From a virus (taxonomy: Duplodnaviria; Caudoviricetes), in IMG/VR virus record IMGVR_UViG_3300011338_000206, positions 1 to 33,509 of that record: a stretch of DNA of 33,509 bases; one strand, written 5' to 3'. The notes beneath the pieces are model-generated. The model was not told the origin of the DNA. It did no database searches and saw only the letters and a list, made by a program, of their open reading frames with translations. This document shows positions 8,760 to 17,646 of the stretch, piece by piece. Position numbers and translations under genes: made by a program. Numbering within the stretch: the stretch's first letter is position 1; each line of letters opens with the position of its first letter.

Positions 8760-10187
8760 ATGGCACTTAATCCAAACATTGCACTGGCGGCGCGGGGTGT
8801 TGAACTGCAAGACCCGCTGGCTCAGTACGGTCGCGTCATGGCGATTCAGCAAGCGGGCAACCAAAACGCGCTTGCTCAGTACCAGCTTGGTGCCGCACAG
8901 CGTGGTGAGGCTCGTGACATTGCCCGAACAAACGCGCTTGCGCAAGCGGGGTCTGATGAAACCGCAGTTGCAAACGCATTGCTGAAATCGGGTGACATTG
9001 CCGGGTACTCTGCTTTTGTAAAAGCAGCGGAAGATCGCAAGACACAAAAACTCACGCAGCAAAAGACTGAGGGTGAGTTGTTTGACACGTCAATGAAGCA
9101 GATTCGCAATTTTTGGGGAAATGTTCGCACACCCGAAGATGCGATGGCGATTCACAATGCCACGCACAAAGACCCGATCATCAACAAGCGGTTGCAGGCA
9201 CTTGGAATTACCGAACAGATGGGTCGTCAGCAGATCATAGACGCTGCCAAAGACCCCACTCGATTTGCAGAGTTTGTGAAAAAAGCCCAACTTGGTGCTG
9301 AGAAGTTCATGGAAATGAACAAACCCACGACACAGGTCATTGACCAGAGTGGTCAGCGTCAGGTCATCCAGATTCCGGGCCTCGGTGGTACACCGACCAC
9401 CGTGGGCACCTACGCCGATGTGCCGCTGCCTGCTGATGTCGAAGCGCAGAAGTCCCGCATTGCGCAAGCGGGTAAACCTGTTACGACCATCACCAACGTG
9501 CAAGAGAAAGCCGAAGCAGGCGCTTTTGGCAAGTTGCTGGTCGATCAGTATGGTGACGTTTCTAAAGCCGCTGGCTTGGCCATTAAGACGTTGCCTGGCA
9601 TTGAGGCCAACTTGGGCGCATTGAACAAAGGTTTTGACACCGGTTTTGGCACTGATGCCAAAAAAGCTGGTGCGCGCATTTTGGGCGCGCTTGGTGTGCA
9701 AGACGCCGAGAAGTTTGCGGCCGACGCCGAGATGTTCCAGTCCAACGCCATCAACGCTGTGCTGCAAAAGCAGCTTGATCAAAAAGGCCCGCAGACCGAA
9801 TCGGACGCGCGCCGTATCGAACAAGTCGGCGCAGAATTGGCCAAAACCAAAGACGCCAACCAGTTTATTTTGTCGTTGGCCAAAGAACAGCTCAAGCGTG
9901 ATATTGATCAGCGCAACTTCTACGACAAGTGGCGTCAACGCACCGGCAGTTTTGACGGCGCTGAGAACGCATGGTTTTCGGGCGAAGGCGGCAAGTCGCT
10001 GTTTGACCGCCCAGCGCTCAAGAAGTTTGCACCTGGTGCCGCACCGGCCGCTAGCCAGATTCCTGGCAACGCCCCTGCGCCAGCTCGCGCAGCGCCAGCT
10101 GCTGCGCCAATCTACGCCCGTAACCCGCAGACCAACCAGCGTATCATGTCCACCGATGGTGGCAACACTTGGACCCCCGCGAGGTAA
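8760..10187 (+). CDS. DNA ejection protein, gp20 position
   Basis: 475 aa Ala/Gln-rich helical protein between gp7-like and gp16-like genes. Confidence 0.6.
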   Translation: MALNPNIALAARGVELQDPLAQYGRVMAIQQAGNQNALAQYQLGAAQRGEARDIARTNALAQAGSDETAVANALLKSGDIAGYSAFVKAAEDRKTQKLTQQKTEGELFDTSMKQIRNFWGNVRTPEDAMAIHNATHKDPIINKRLQALGITEQMGRQQIIDAAKDPTRFAEFVKKAQLGAEKFMEMNKPTTQVIDQSGQRQVIQIPGLGGTPTTVGTYADVPLPADVEAQKSRIAQAGKPVTTITNVQEKAEAGAFGKLLVDQYGDVSKAAGLAIKTLPGIEANLGALNKGFDTGFGTDAKKAGARILGALGVQDAEKFAADAEMFQSNAINAVLQKQLDQKGPQTESDARRIEQVGAELAKTKDANQFILSLAKEQLKRDIDQRNFYDKWRQRTGSFDGAENAWFSGEGGKSLFDRPALKKFAPGAAPAASQIPGNAPAPARAAPAAAPIYARNPQTNQRIMSTDGGNTWTPAR

Positions 10188-10192
10188 TAAAC

Positions 10193-12850
10193 ATGGCGCT
10201 TCCTGCTGGATTTGAACTGGAACAAGCACCTGCGCAAGCGGGCGCGCAAACTTTTAATCTGCCTGCCGGTTTTCAGCTGGAAACCGAACAGCGGTCTGAA
10301 ATCCCTGCGCCACGTCAGCCAGGCTTCTTGACACAGCTCGGCCGAAGCGCTGCTTCGCTGGCCGACGTCACCATCGGCGGCGTAATTCCAGCCGTGGCCC
10401 AGCAGGTCGTGTACCCGCTGGCTCGTTTGGGCCGCACACCAGACGAAGCGCAAGCCGCCACAAAGCGCGTAGTCAGCGCGGTCGATCAGCCGTTCGGTAA
10501 GGCATTCGGCGTGTCGGAGACGCCTGAGTACCAGCAAGAGGCTGGCCGTCAGTTGGTGGACTTCATTGGCCAGAACTTCCAAAAAGGCGCAAAGTGGATC
10601 GCCCAAAAGACTGGCTTGCCGCAGTCTGACATTGAGAACTACATGGGCACGGCCTCTATTGCCGCGCCCAAGGTCGCCCCACCTGTTGTCCGCGCTGTTC
10701 GTGACGTGGCCGCACCGCAGATCGAGAAAGCCGTCATTGGCGCAAAGATGCCGTTTGAGCCTAGACTCCAGGCTCGCCGTGAGCGCCTGTCGCAAGAGGA
10801 CTACGCCCGTGGCCCGCAGATCGACGCAGCAGCCGACGCCCAGCGCTTGGGCATTGCGCTCAACCCCGTAGACATCGAGCCGTCGCGCATGGCCAAGTTG
10901 ACGTCGATGGCCGCTGGCCCTCGCGGCCCAGAAGCGCTGGCCAACGTCAACAAGAACCAAGTGCGGACGATTGCGCTCAACGAGATGGGGCTGCCCGCAA
11001 CTACGCAGCTGAACACGCCGCAAGCATTCCAGCAGGCGCGCAAGCAAGTCGCCAAGCCTTACGACGAAGTGGCCAAGCTGCCCATCCAGCAGGCCGACGA
11101 CGCTATGGTGCAGCGCTTAGAAGCGTTACGCGCTGATCTGGACATCATCGGCGCAAAAGAGTACGCGCCTGCTATCGGCAAGATCGTTGACGACGCCATC
11201 TCCAAAACGCAGACTGGCCTGACCGGCGAACAGCTGCTCAAGAACATCAGCGTACTGCGCGAGCGTGCTCGCAAGACATACAACAACAAATCGGCTACCA
11301 CCGAGGCGCTTGACATCGCCGATACCAACCTCAAGGTGGCCACCGAGTTGGAATCGTTGATTGAGAACAGCATCTTCAACCCGAAGCTGCTAGACCAATT
11401 CCGTGACGCTCGTCAGAAGATGGCGCGCACATACGCCTACGAGGGTGCTACCGACCTCAACACCGGCATGTTGGACGTCAAAAAGCTGTCCCGCATCACG
11501 GCCAAAGACAACAACCTGACCGGCGACATTGCATCGCTGGGCCGGATCGCAGGTAACTTTCCTGATGTGTTCAGCGCTGCACCAACACCAGGCGCGCTGA
11601 CTGCACCTCGCTTGAGCCGCTCCGGCGCTGGCGGCGCAGCCGGTGCAGTGATCGGCTCGCAGTTTGGCTTGACTGGCTCTATCGTGGGCGGCGCGCTGGG
11701 CGGTCTAGGCACCGAAATGGTCGGCGCGGCTGCTGCCCGCCGCATGGCCTCGCCCGGCTACCAGGCTGGCCTGAATCTGCGCGACATGCGCATTCCGGTC
11801 AACCAGTTGGCCGCGTCGATGCAACCCATCCCGCAGAACCGCGCTGTCGTCCCCTACGAAGCGCCGGTCGAGGTGCTGATGCCCGGCGAAGGCCCGTACC
11901 AGCCAAACTTTGTGATGCAGCCCAACCAGTACAGCCGTGTTGTTCCAGGCACGGCTGAAGCACCGCGCAATATGCTGGGCTACGATCCTAACGCGCCGGT
12001 GCAAGGCCAGCCGCGCGCATTTGAGATCATGCGCGAACGCGAGCGCGAGCTGTCTATGAAGCAAGGCCGTCAGGCCGAGGCCCAACAGGCAGCCGCCGAG
12101 GCTGCTGTTCCTCGTCAGGTTACCCGTGGTGGGACTGAGCTTGTGTTTGACCCCGTTACCGGCAGACTGGTGCCCGCACCTACCGCTGGCGCAGGCGGCG
12201 TCGTTGGCGCGCCTTCCGCACTGGAGTCCGCAGTTGCCAAGATGTCTGGACAGATGGTTTTTGAGCCGCGAACTCAATACGAGACAGTCCAAACTGGCTC
12301 ATACTTGAACCGGGCGCCGATGACCGAAACGCGCGCGCTGGAGCAACTTACGCTTACGCCCGCAGAAGCGAAAAAATACGCGTTGCCAACGCGCCAAAGT
12401 CAAGCTTTTGCCATGACAGCCGAGGAAAAGATTGCGTGGAACAAAGCCAAGGCTGACTTGGCCGAAGTGATGCCGGGCATGAAGACGCTTTCGGACGAAG
12501 CCATCGCGTCTCGCATGGCCGATGTCAAATGGTCTGAGCAAGCCGTTGCCAACGCCCGTGCAAAAGTCGAACAACTTGCCCGTCAAGAAGCGCTTTTGAC
12601 CGAGCAGTTGGCCAACCGCAACAACTTGCGCATGCTGGCCCGTGAAATTGAGGCCAAGAACAAAGAATTGGTCAAGATTCAAGCGGACCGTCAGCGCATG
12701 ATGGACCTGGCTGAACAAATGGACGAAGGCTTGCGTAAAGCCCGACCCGTCAGCACTGGCGGTCAGGGTCCGAAGACCCGCGCCTTCCAGCGCAATAAGC
12801 TGAACATGCTGTCCGACCAAGATGTCGTCAACCAGCTGCTCAATCGTTAA
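10193..12850 (+). CDS. large DNA ejection protein, gp16 position
   Basis: ATG at 10193 with SD GAGG; ~885 aa helical protein with a Gly-rich hydrophobic segment; duplicated N-terminal LPAGF(E/Q)LE. Confidence 0.6.
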   Translation: MALPAGFELEQAPAQAGAQTFNLPAGFQLETEQRSEIPAPRQPGFLTQLGRSAASLADVTIGGVIPAVAQQVVYPLARLGRTPDEAQAATKRVVSAVDQPFGKAFGVSETPEYQQEAGRQLVDFIGQNFQKGAKWIAQKTGLPQSDIENYMGTASIAAPKVAPPVVRAVRDVAAPQIEKAVIGAKMPFEPRLQARRERLSQEDYARGPQIDAAADAQRLGIALNPVDIEPSRMAKLTSMAAGPRGPEALANVNKNQVRTIALNEMGLPATTQLNTPQAFQQARKQVAKPYDEVAKLPIQQADDAMVQRLEALRADLDIIGAKEYAPAIGKIVDDAISKTQTGLTGEQLLKNISVLRERARKTYNNKSATTEALDIADTNLKVATELESLIENSIFNPKLLDQFRDARQKMARTYAYEGATDLNTGMLDVKKLSRITAKDNNLTGDIASLGRIAGNFPDVFSAAPTPGALTAPRLSRSGAGGAAGAVIGSQFGLTGSIVGGALGGLGTEMVGAAAARRMASPGYQAGLNLRDMRIPVNQLAASMQPIPQNRAVVPYEAPVEVLMPGEGPYQPNFVMQPNQYSRVVPGTAEAPRNMLGYDPNAPVQGQPRAFEIMRERERELSMKQGRQAEAQQAAAEAAVPRQVTRGGTELVFDPVTGRLVPAPTAGAGGVVGAPSALESAVAKMSGQMVFEPRTQYETVQTGSYLNRAPMTETRALEQLTLTPAEAKKYALPTRQSQAFAMTAEEKIAWNKAKADLAEVMPGMKTLSDEAIASRMADVKWSEQAVANARAKVEQLARQEALLTEQLANRNNLRMLAREIEAKNKELVKIQADRQRMMDLAEQMDEGLRKARPVSTGGQGPKTRAFQRNKLNMLSDQDVVNQLLNR

Positions 12851-12884
12851 AATACGGAAACCTTGAATCATGGAAGCAGTAGAC

Positions 12885-13112
12885 ATGGCCGAGATCGACC
12901 CAGTGAAGTATGGAGTCTTGTGGGAGCGCGTTCAGAATTACGAGCGCCGCTTCGATGAGATGAGCAGCAAAATGGACAAGCTGGAGGCCAACGTCGAGAA
13001 GCTGGTGGCTATGGCGAACCAAGGTCGGGGTGGCTTCTGGGCCGGGATGGCCTTCGTGTCATTCATCTCCAGCGCCGTGGGCTTTGCACTAAGCTGGATC
13101 AAAGGCCACTGA
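12885..13112 (+). CDS. holin-like / XhlA-like membrane protein
   Basis: Coiled coil followed by one C-terminal TM helix; directly upstream of endolysin; alternative start at 12870. Confidence 0.6.
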   Translation: MAEIDPVKYGVLWERVQNYERRFDEMSSKMDKLEANVEKLVAMANQGRGGFWAGMAFVSFISSAVGFALSWIKGH

Positions 13113-13113
13113 G

Positions 13114-13485
13114 ATGAACTGGGCCGATTACCCGAACTTCAGCAAAGCAGAATTTGACTGCAAGCACACGGGTAAGAACGAGATGCAGCCCGAGTTCATG
13201 GCACTGCTGCAAAAGCTGCGTTCGATGTACGGCAAGCCCATGACCGTCACCAGCGGTTATCGGCACTGGACGCACCCGGTAGAGGCCAAGAAGGGTCACA
13301 CGACTGGTGAGCACACCCAAGGTGCCTGCTGTGACATTGCTTGCACCTCGGGCGCTGACCGTTACCAGATCATCCGGCTGGCCTTGCAGCTTGGCTTTCC
13401 TCGCATCGGCATCGCCAAGACGTTTATTCACCTCGGCATCGGTGGTGCCGGACTTTCTTCACCAACCATTTGGGATTACTCATGA
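13114..13485 (+). CDS. endolysin, peptidase M15 family
   Basis: NFSKAEFDC...VTSGYR...HTQGACCDI...FIHL, the M15A motif pattern. Confidence 0.85.
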   Translation: MNWADYPNFSKAEFDCKHTGKNEMQPEFMALLQKLRSMYGKPMTVTSGYRHWTHPVEAKKGHTTGEHTQGACCDIACTSGADRYQIIRLALQLGFPRIGIAKTFIHLGIGGAGLSSPTIWDYS

Positions 13486-13652
13486 ACGCAACAATCATTC
13501 AAGCCTTGGTTCGCCACATTTTGACCGCACTGGCTGGCGGTTTTGCAATGAAATACGGCATCGACGGTGGAACCCTCGATGCCGTCATCGGCGGTGCTTC
13601 CGCTTTGGCTGGTGTTGGCTGGTCGGTTTACGACAAACGCAGCAGCAAATAA
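13482..13652 (+). CDS. putative holin (two hydrophobic helices)
   Basis: MNATIIQALVRHILTALAGG...ALAGVGWSVYDKR; ATGA-coupled to the endolysin. Confidence 0.7.
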   Translation: MNATIIQALVRHILTALAGGFAMKYGIDGGTLDAVIGGASALAGVGWSVYDKRSSK

Positions 13653-13804
13653 GCCAGCATCGGCCACACGGTCAGGCCAATCATTGCCATCAGCAGCCAG
13701 TACGCCAGCCGCTTGAGTTGGTGACGCCAGATGCTTGGTGGCAGGATGTCAGCAGCGGGTATCCTGCGTCCAACCTTGGCGACTTTGTTGCAGTCGTTCG
13801 TCAT
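13628..13804 (-). CDS. small membrane protein
   Basis: ATG at 13804 with SD AAGGA; hydrophobic C-terminus; last gene of the leftward operon. Confidence 0.5.
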   Translation of the reverse strand: MTNDCNKVAKVGRRIPAADILPPSIWRHQLKRLAYWLLMAMIGLTVWPMLAYLLLRLS

Positions 13805-13934
13805 ATCGGATCCTTTCTTCAGTTGAAAATCGGTGCAGGTTGGCACACTCGTATCGGCGCGTCACCACACCGTCTGTTTTGCGTGTCCTGGTTTCTTTGA
13901 CCGTGGTCCATGCTCCGCATACTGGGCACTTCAT
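13749..13934 (-). CDS. NrdR-like Zn-ribbon protein
   Basis: MKCPVCG...VKETR...RRYECANLHRFSTEE resembles the NrdR N-terminal ribbon. Confidence 0.65.
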   Translation of the reverse strand: MKCPVCGAWTTVKETRTRKTDGVVTRRYECANLHRFSTEERIRYDERLQQSRQGWTQDTRC

Positions 13935-14143
13935 AACTCGTGCTTGTTCAGCGATGGCTTGGTCATCGGGTGCGCCCGGCTGTGGATGCTGAACTGCTTG
14001 TAGGCGATCAGGTTTTCCTCTTTGGTCAGCGCAGCGTCAACGGCCTGGCCCTTGGGCCTGAACGCAGGGTCTTTGACAAAGATGCTCGGGCGTGGGTTCT
14101 TCTTCCAATGGAACGGTGAGTTGGGGTGGCATTTGCACTTCAT
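13931..14143 (-). CDS. hypothetical protein
   Basis: 70 aa, ATGA overlaps at both ends. Confidence 0.55.
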   Translation of the reverse strand: MKCKCHPNSPFHWKKNPRPSIFVKDPAFRPKGQAVDAALTKEENLIAYKQFSIHSRAHPMTKPSLNKHEL

Positions 14144-14529
14144 AAGGCTCTTCTTAGTTCTCTGATTTTGTCGCGTGTCATCGCCATGTTGAACACATTG
14201 TTCATGCGCAGGATTTTGTTGCGGTGCGCTTCGCTGCGTCTGCGGTTCTCGCGCACGTTGGGCTTGGGCCTTGGCTTGTCAGGCTGGTCACCGATCATAA
14301 ACACAGCGCGTGGGTAGCGCCTTGCGTCATCATGGCCGTAGGTCCAGTTTGCGATGTAGATGCGTTTGACGCCAGCCTTGGTGCGCTTGTTCATCTTGGC
14401 AAGGGCTGCATGGGCGTCATACCTGCCGATGTCTGCGTAGTCTGCAAACTCTTGTGCGGTGATCTTGCCGAACTCGTGCAGCGCCTCCCATGCCTTGGCT
14501 ATCAGTGTGCCGCTGTTCAGTGGAGTCAC
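14140..14529 (-). CDS. putative winged-helix DNA-binding protein
   Basis: GTG start at 14529 overlapping the upstream stop; ITAQEFADYADIGRYDAHAALAKM is HTH-like. Confidence 0.5.
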   Translation of the reverse strand: MTPLNSGTLIAKAWEALHEFGKITAQEFADYADIGRYDAHAALAKMNKRTKAGVKRIYIANWTYGHDDARRYPRAVFMIGDQPDKPRPKPNVRENRRRSEAHRNKILRMNNVFNMAMTRDKIRELRRAL

Positions 14530-14618
14530 TTCACGATCCTCATGAACGCACCGCACCGGGCGCACTTGTAGATTGGTTGACCTTCGACGGGTTCCCAGCG
14601 GTGTTGGCATTCGCTCAT
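14526..14618 (-). CDS. 30-aa Zn-finger-like peptide
   Basis: MSECQHRWEPVEGQPIYKCARCGAFMRIVK; ATGA/GTGA overlaps at both ends; absent from the ORF track. Confidence 0.55.
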   Translation of the reverse strand: MSECQHRWEPVEGQPIYKCARCGAFMRIVK

Positions 14619-14824
14619 GCGTCCACCTCAGTGGCTTTGTGCAGATAGGCCGTCAGGCGCTTGATCTGCGCCTCGCGGTACTTGCACATGCTGTCAGCGT
14701 ACTCACGCGCTGACTGAGTTTCGAGGAGGCTGCGCTTGGCCTCCTCCAGTTCACGCAGCGCCAGCGCCTCGGCAGTCGGTGTGGTGTAGGCGTTCTTCAC
14801 AAAGTTGTACAGTTCACGGATCAT
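14615..14824 (-). CDS. hypothetical coiled-coil protein
   Basis: 69 aa, SD AAGGA, coupled. Confidence 0.6.
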   Translation of the reverse strand: MIRELYNFVKNAYTTPTAEALALRELEEAKRSLLETQSAREYADSMCKYREAQIKRLTAYLHKATEVDA

Positions 14825-15030
14825 TTGATTGCTTCCTTTAGTAGGGCTGCGCGTTCACGAGCGACACGCAGCGTGTTGTAGCGCTGATGCAAGCGCTCGA
14901 TCACCTTCACACGCTTAGCGCCTGCCACCTCAGAGTCGAGCAGTGCTTTAACGTCTGTCTCTGGCAGCGAGGCCAGTACTTCATTCAGTTTTCGCCAGGT
15001 GTAGTTCAATTTTTTTCTCCAGTTGTTCAA
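14821..15030 (-). CDS. hypothetical protein
   Basis: 69 aa helical ORF; start uncertain. Confidence 0.55.
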   Translation of the reverse strand: MNNWRKKLNYTWRKLNEVLASLPETDVKALLDSEVAGAKRVKVIERLHQRYNTLRVARERAALLKEAIK

Positions 15031-15145
15031 TCAGTTTGGTTGTGCGGGCGTGTGTGCGCTGCGCCGCGTTGAGTTGCCGCGTCTTGTGCCGCAGCTCAGA
15101 CTTGGCCACGCGCAGCTTGGCCTTCCATTGGTCGATGCGTTTCAT
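14981..15145 (-). CDS. basic coiled-coil hypothetical protein
   Basis: MKRIDQWKAKLRVAKSE..., ATG overlapping the helicase stop, SD GGAGG. Confidence 0.55.
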   Translation of the reverse strand: MKRIDQWKAKLRVAKSELRHKTRQLNAAQRTHARTTKLIEQLEKKIELHLAKTE

Positions 15146-16434
15146 TTCAAAGCCTCCATTGCAATATCTGACACGCTGCGCTTGTCGTGCAGCGCACCCC
15201 AAATCTTTTCGTCCACGCTGTCCTTGGCCATCAGCAGGTAGACCCACACGTCGCGGGTTTGGCCGGACCGATGCAAACGTCCGACGGTTTGTTCGTAAAG
15301 CTCAAGGCTCCACGGCAGGGACAGAAAGACCATGTGGTGCCCTCCGTGCTGTAAGTTAAGGCCGTGACCTGCGGATTTCGGGTGCACTGCCAGTAGTCGA
15401 ACTTGGCCAGCGTTCCATCGTCCAATGGCGTTATCATGGTCCAGCGTAACAAGATGCCCGTAGCGTCGCTTGAGTTCGGCAAGCTCTTCTTGGTACTGGT
15501 AAACAAGGATGGTGTTTGCATGTTGGTTCTCGTCAAGTAAGTCATCCAGCGCGTTGAACTTGTGAAAGCCCAACCAGTGCGGCTGCGGTGTGTACACAAA
15601 CCCGCTGGCGATCTGTTGCAGCTTCTGCGTCACAACGGCCGCGTTCAAGGCAATCGCCTGCGCGTTGTCGAACTCGACCACGAAGTCTTTCTTCATCGTG
15701 TCGTAGGGCTTGCGGTCGTCCATGTCCACACGCAGCTCGACCTGGTGGCAGGGCGGCAGCTTGTCCTTGTACTCGCCAGGCTCCAGCACGAACGTGGCGG
15801 GCTTGATGCGCTTCATGACCATCTCGAGCGCGCCAGGGCGCGGTGTCCACTCGCTGAAGTCGGGGCGGCGGTCCTCAACAAAGTACTGCTGCATGAACGC
15901 GCCCTTGGCACGGCCGAGCAACGACTGGTCCACGATCTTGCACTGACCAAACACGTCGGCTAGTCCGTTGCTGGTGAACGAGCCAGTCAGGCCCCAGCGT
16001 ACAGGGCAGTCGAGCACCTTGTTCAGCGCCTTAAAGCGCGCGCCTGACGGGTTCTTTAGCTTGGTCAGCTCGTCGAACACCACGCCATCAAACTCAAACT
16101 TTTGGTCAGCCAGCCACTGGATGTTGTCGTAGTTGGTCACGACCACTTGGGCCTTGGACTGGAGCGCAGCCAGGCGCTGCTTGGGCGTGCCCACGGCCAC
16201 GGCGACCGACAGCATCGGTGCCCACTTGGGCTGCTCCACCGGCCAGACGTCGGTGCACACGCGCTTGGGGGCCAGCACGAGCCAGCGCTTGACGTGCTGG
16301 TCGCGCCACATCTCCCACATGGCCGTGAGCGTGATGGCTGTCTTGCCCGCACCCACAGGGGCGAGCACCATCGCCCGGTCGTGCTCATACAGGAAGTCAG
16401 CCGCCTGATTTTGGTAGTCACGCAGCTTTGGCAT
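15142..16434 (-). CDS. SNF2-family (SF2) helicase
   Basis: LRDYQ, Walker A GAGKT, VVFDE, WGLTG, SAGHGLNLQ, QTVGRLHRSGQ motifs. Confidence 0.92.
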   Translation of the reverse strand: MPKLRDYQNQAADFLYEHDRAMVLAPVGAGKTAITLTAMWEMWRDQHVKRWLVLAPKRVCTDVWPVEQPKWAPMLSVAVAVGTPKQRLAALQSKAQVVVTNYDNIQWLADQKFEFDGVVFDELTKLKNPSGARFKALNKVLDCPVRWGLTGSFTSNGLADVFGQCKIVDQSLLGRAKGAFMQQYFVEDRRPDFSEWTPRPGALEMVMKRIKPATFVLEPGEYKDKLPPCHQVELRVDMDDRKPYDTMKKDFVVEFDNAQAIALNAAVVTQKLQQIASGFVYTPQPHWLGFHKFNALDDLLDENQHANTILVYQYQEELAELKRRYGHLVTLDHDNAIGRWNAGQVRLLAVHPKSAGHGLNLQHGGHHMVFLSLPWSLELYEQTVGRLHRSGQTRDVWVYLLMAKDSVDEKIWGALHDKRSVSDIAMEALK

Positions 16435-16684
16435 TGAGTTCAATCAGCAGCTCGATGTAGTGCTTGGCCTTCTCCAGATCGGCGATGCCGTTCTTCTCGC
16501 GCCAGCGGGTGATGTACTTCACGACGTTGCCCTCGCAAAAGCCGAGGTTGTTGGCGTGGATGTAGATGATCGGCTGGATAGCCTTGTCCTTGTAGTGGCC
16601 ACCGCCGACCTGCGTGTTCAGCGCACTGCCTGTCAGCGTGCTGAACGCCTCATCCTCTTCCATAGTGACTGGTAATGAACTCAT
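16418..16684 (-). CDS. DUF3310-family protein (T7 gp1.7-like nucleotide kinase family)
   Basis: QVGGGHY...QPI...FCEGNVVKYITRWREKNGIADLEKAKHYIELL signature. Confidence 0.85.
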   Translation of the reverse strand: MSSLPVTMEEDEAFSTLTGSALNTQVGGGHYKDKAIQPIIYIHANNLGFCEGNVVKYITRWREKNGIADLEKAKHYIELLIELNAKAA

Positions 16685-16934
16685 CGACTTGCTCCTTGTT
16701 CCATAAACACACGTACTTCTGATTCATCCGCGCCATGTCGACCGCGAACACCTTCTGCAATGGCGACAGTCTGCCACCCTCAGTCTTCAGCTCCACGAAC
16801 CACGTCTGGCCGTCAGGCAGGCAGACCACCCGGTCGGCCACGCCTCGGTGCGCAGGGCTGGTGAACTTGTACGCCACGCCGCCCAGCGCTTTGACGCGCT
16901 TGATCAGGTAGCGCTCGACATCCCGCTCAAGCAC
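16650..16934 (-). CDS. VRR-NUC nuclease
   Basis: LERDVE...YKFTSPAHRGVADRVV...FVELKTEGGRLSPLQ; GTG start at 16934. Confidence 0.88.
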   Translation of the reverse strand: MLERDVERYLIKRVKALGGVAYKFTSPAHRGVADRVVCLPDGQTWFVELKTEGGRLSPLQKVFAVDMARMNQKYVCLWNKEQVDEFITSHYGRG

Positions 16935-17373
16935 AGTTTCGCTCCCACCGTATACGGGCAACGCCTGCCGAGCCAATATCACCCCTAGCACGCGAAGGGG
17001 CGTCCCACCCTGCGCGGGGCGCTAACATCTGCGTTGGTGTCCACCCCGCACCGCGCAAAGAAGCGCCGGACTCATCGTGTTGCGTATACGTCACGCACTT
17101 TGCGTAGCCAAGTGCTATTGCTGCGCGCACAATCGCGCCGTAGAGCATTGAGTTGGCGTTGCGCGTGCCATCTGTGCAAGTACGAGTAACTTCTAGCGTC
17201 ATACCATCATCGAGCATTCGGGCCACTGGCCGCCCGGCTACCGCAACGCCGACCAATCGTTCGCCATCAAACAGGCCCACGCTAAATTTGTGCCCAACTG
17301 GCGGCTTGTTATGCCGATGATGTTCGCGGACAAACGCTTGCGCGGTTTTAAGGGACACGGGCTTAATTTGCAC
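16927..17373 (-). CDS. XF1762-family protein (GNAT/Mom-like)
   Basis: AFVREHHRHNKPPVGHKFSVG...GRPVARMLDDG.TLEVTR.CTDGTRNA.SMLYGA...ESGASLRGAGW. Confidence 0.75.
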   Translation of the reverse strand: MQIKPVSLKTAQAFVREHHRHNKPPVGHKFSVGLFDGERLVGVAVAGRPVARMLDDGMTLEVTRTCTDGTRNANSMLYGAIVRAAIALGYAKCVTYTQHDESGASLRGAGWTPTQMLAPRAGWDAPSRARGDIGSAGVARIRWERNCA

Positions 17374-17545
17374 GGTGTCTAAACTCGTCTGCGACCACAA
17401 GGCCGTTAGGCACCAACTCGACCACGATTGACTTCTCATGGCTGATGATGCTCACGCAGTTTGGGTCGTAGCCGCGCTGCAAGCAATACTCGCGCAGGGC
17501 CTCCTGTAATTCGCCGAGCGTTAGCTCTACGGTTTGAATCTTCAT
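17363..17545 (-). CDS. hypothetical protein, first gene of the leftward operon
   Basis: ATG at 17545 with SD AAGGAG. Confidence 0.6.
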   Translation of the reverse strand: MKIQTVELTLGELQEALREYCLQRGYDPNCVSIISHEKSIVVELVPNGLVVADEFRHRAN

Positions 17546-17566
17546 GTCGTTTTCTCCTTTTGCAGA

Positions 17567-17617
17567 ACTGTAACATGAAAAAAAGATTTGCACAACAAAT
17601 TTTTTGTGTGCTAAGAT
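17567..17617. promoter_or_regulatory. overlapping divergent sigma70 promoters
   Basis: Rightward: TTGCAC(17588)-18-TAAGAT(17612) with TG extension. Leftward: TTGTGC(17595)-17-TACAGT(17572) with TG extension. Confidence 0.6.
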
Positions 17618-17646
17618 AGAGGCTCAATCAACTACAGGACAGTCAA

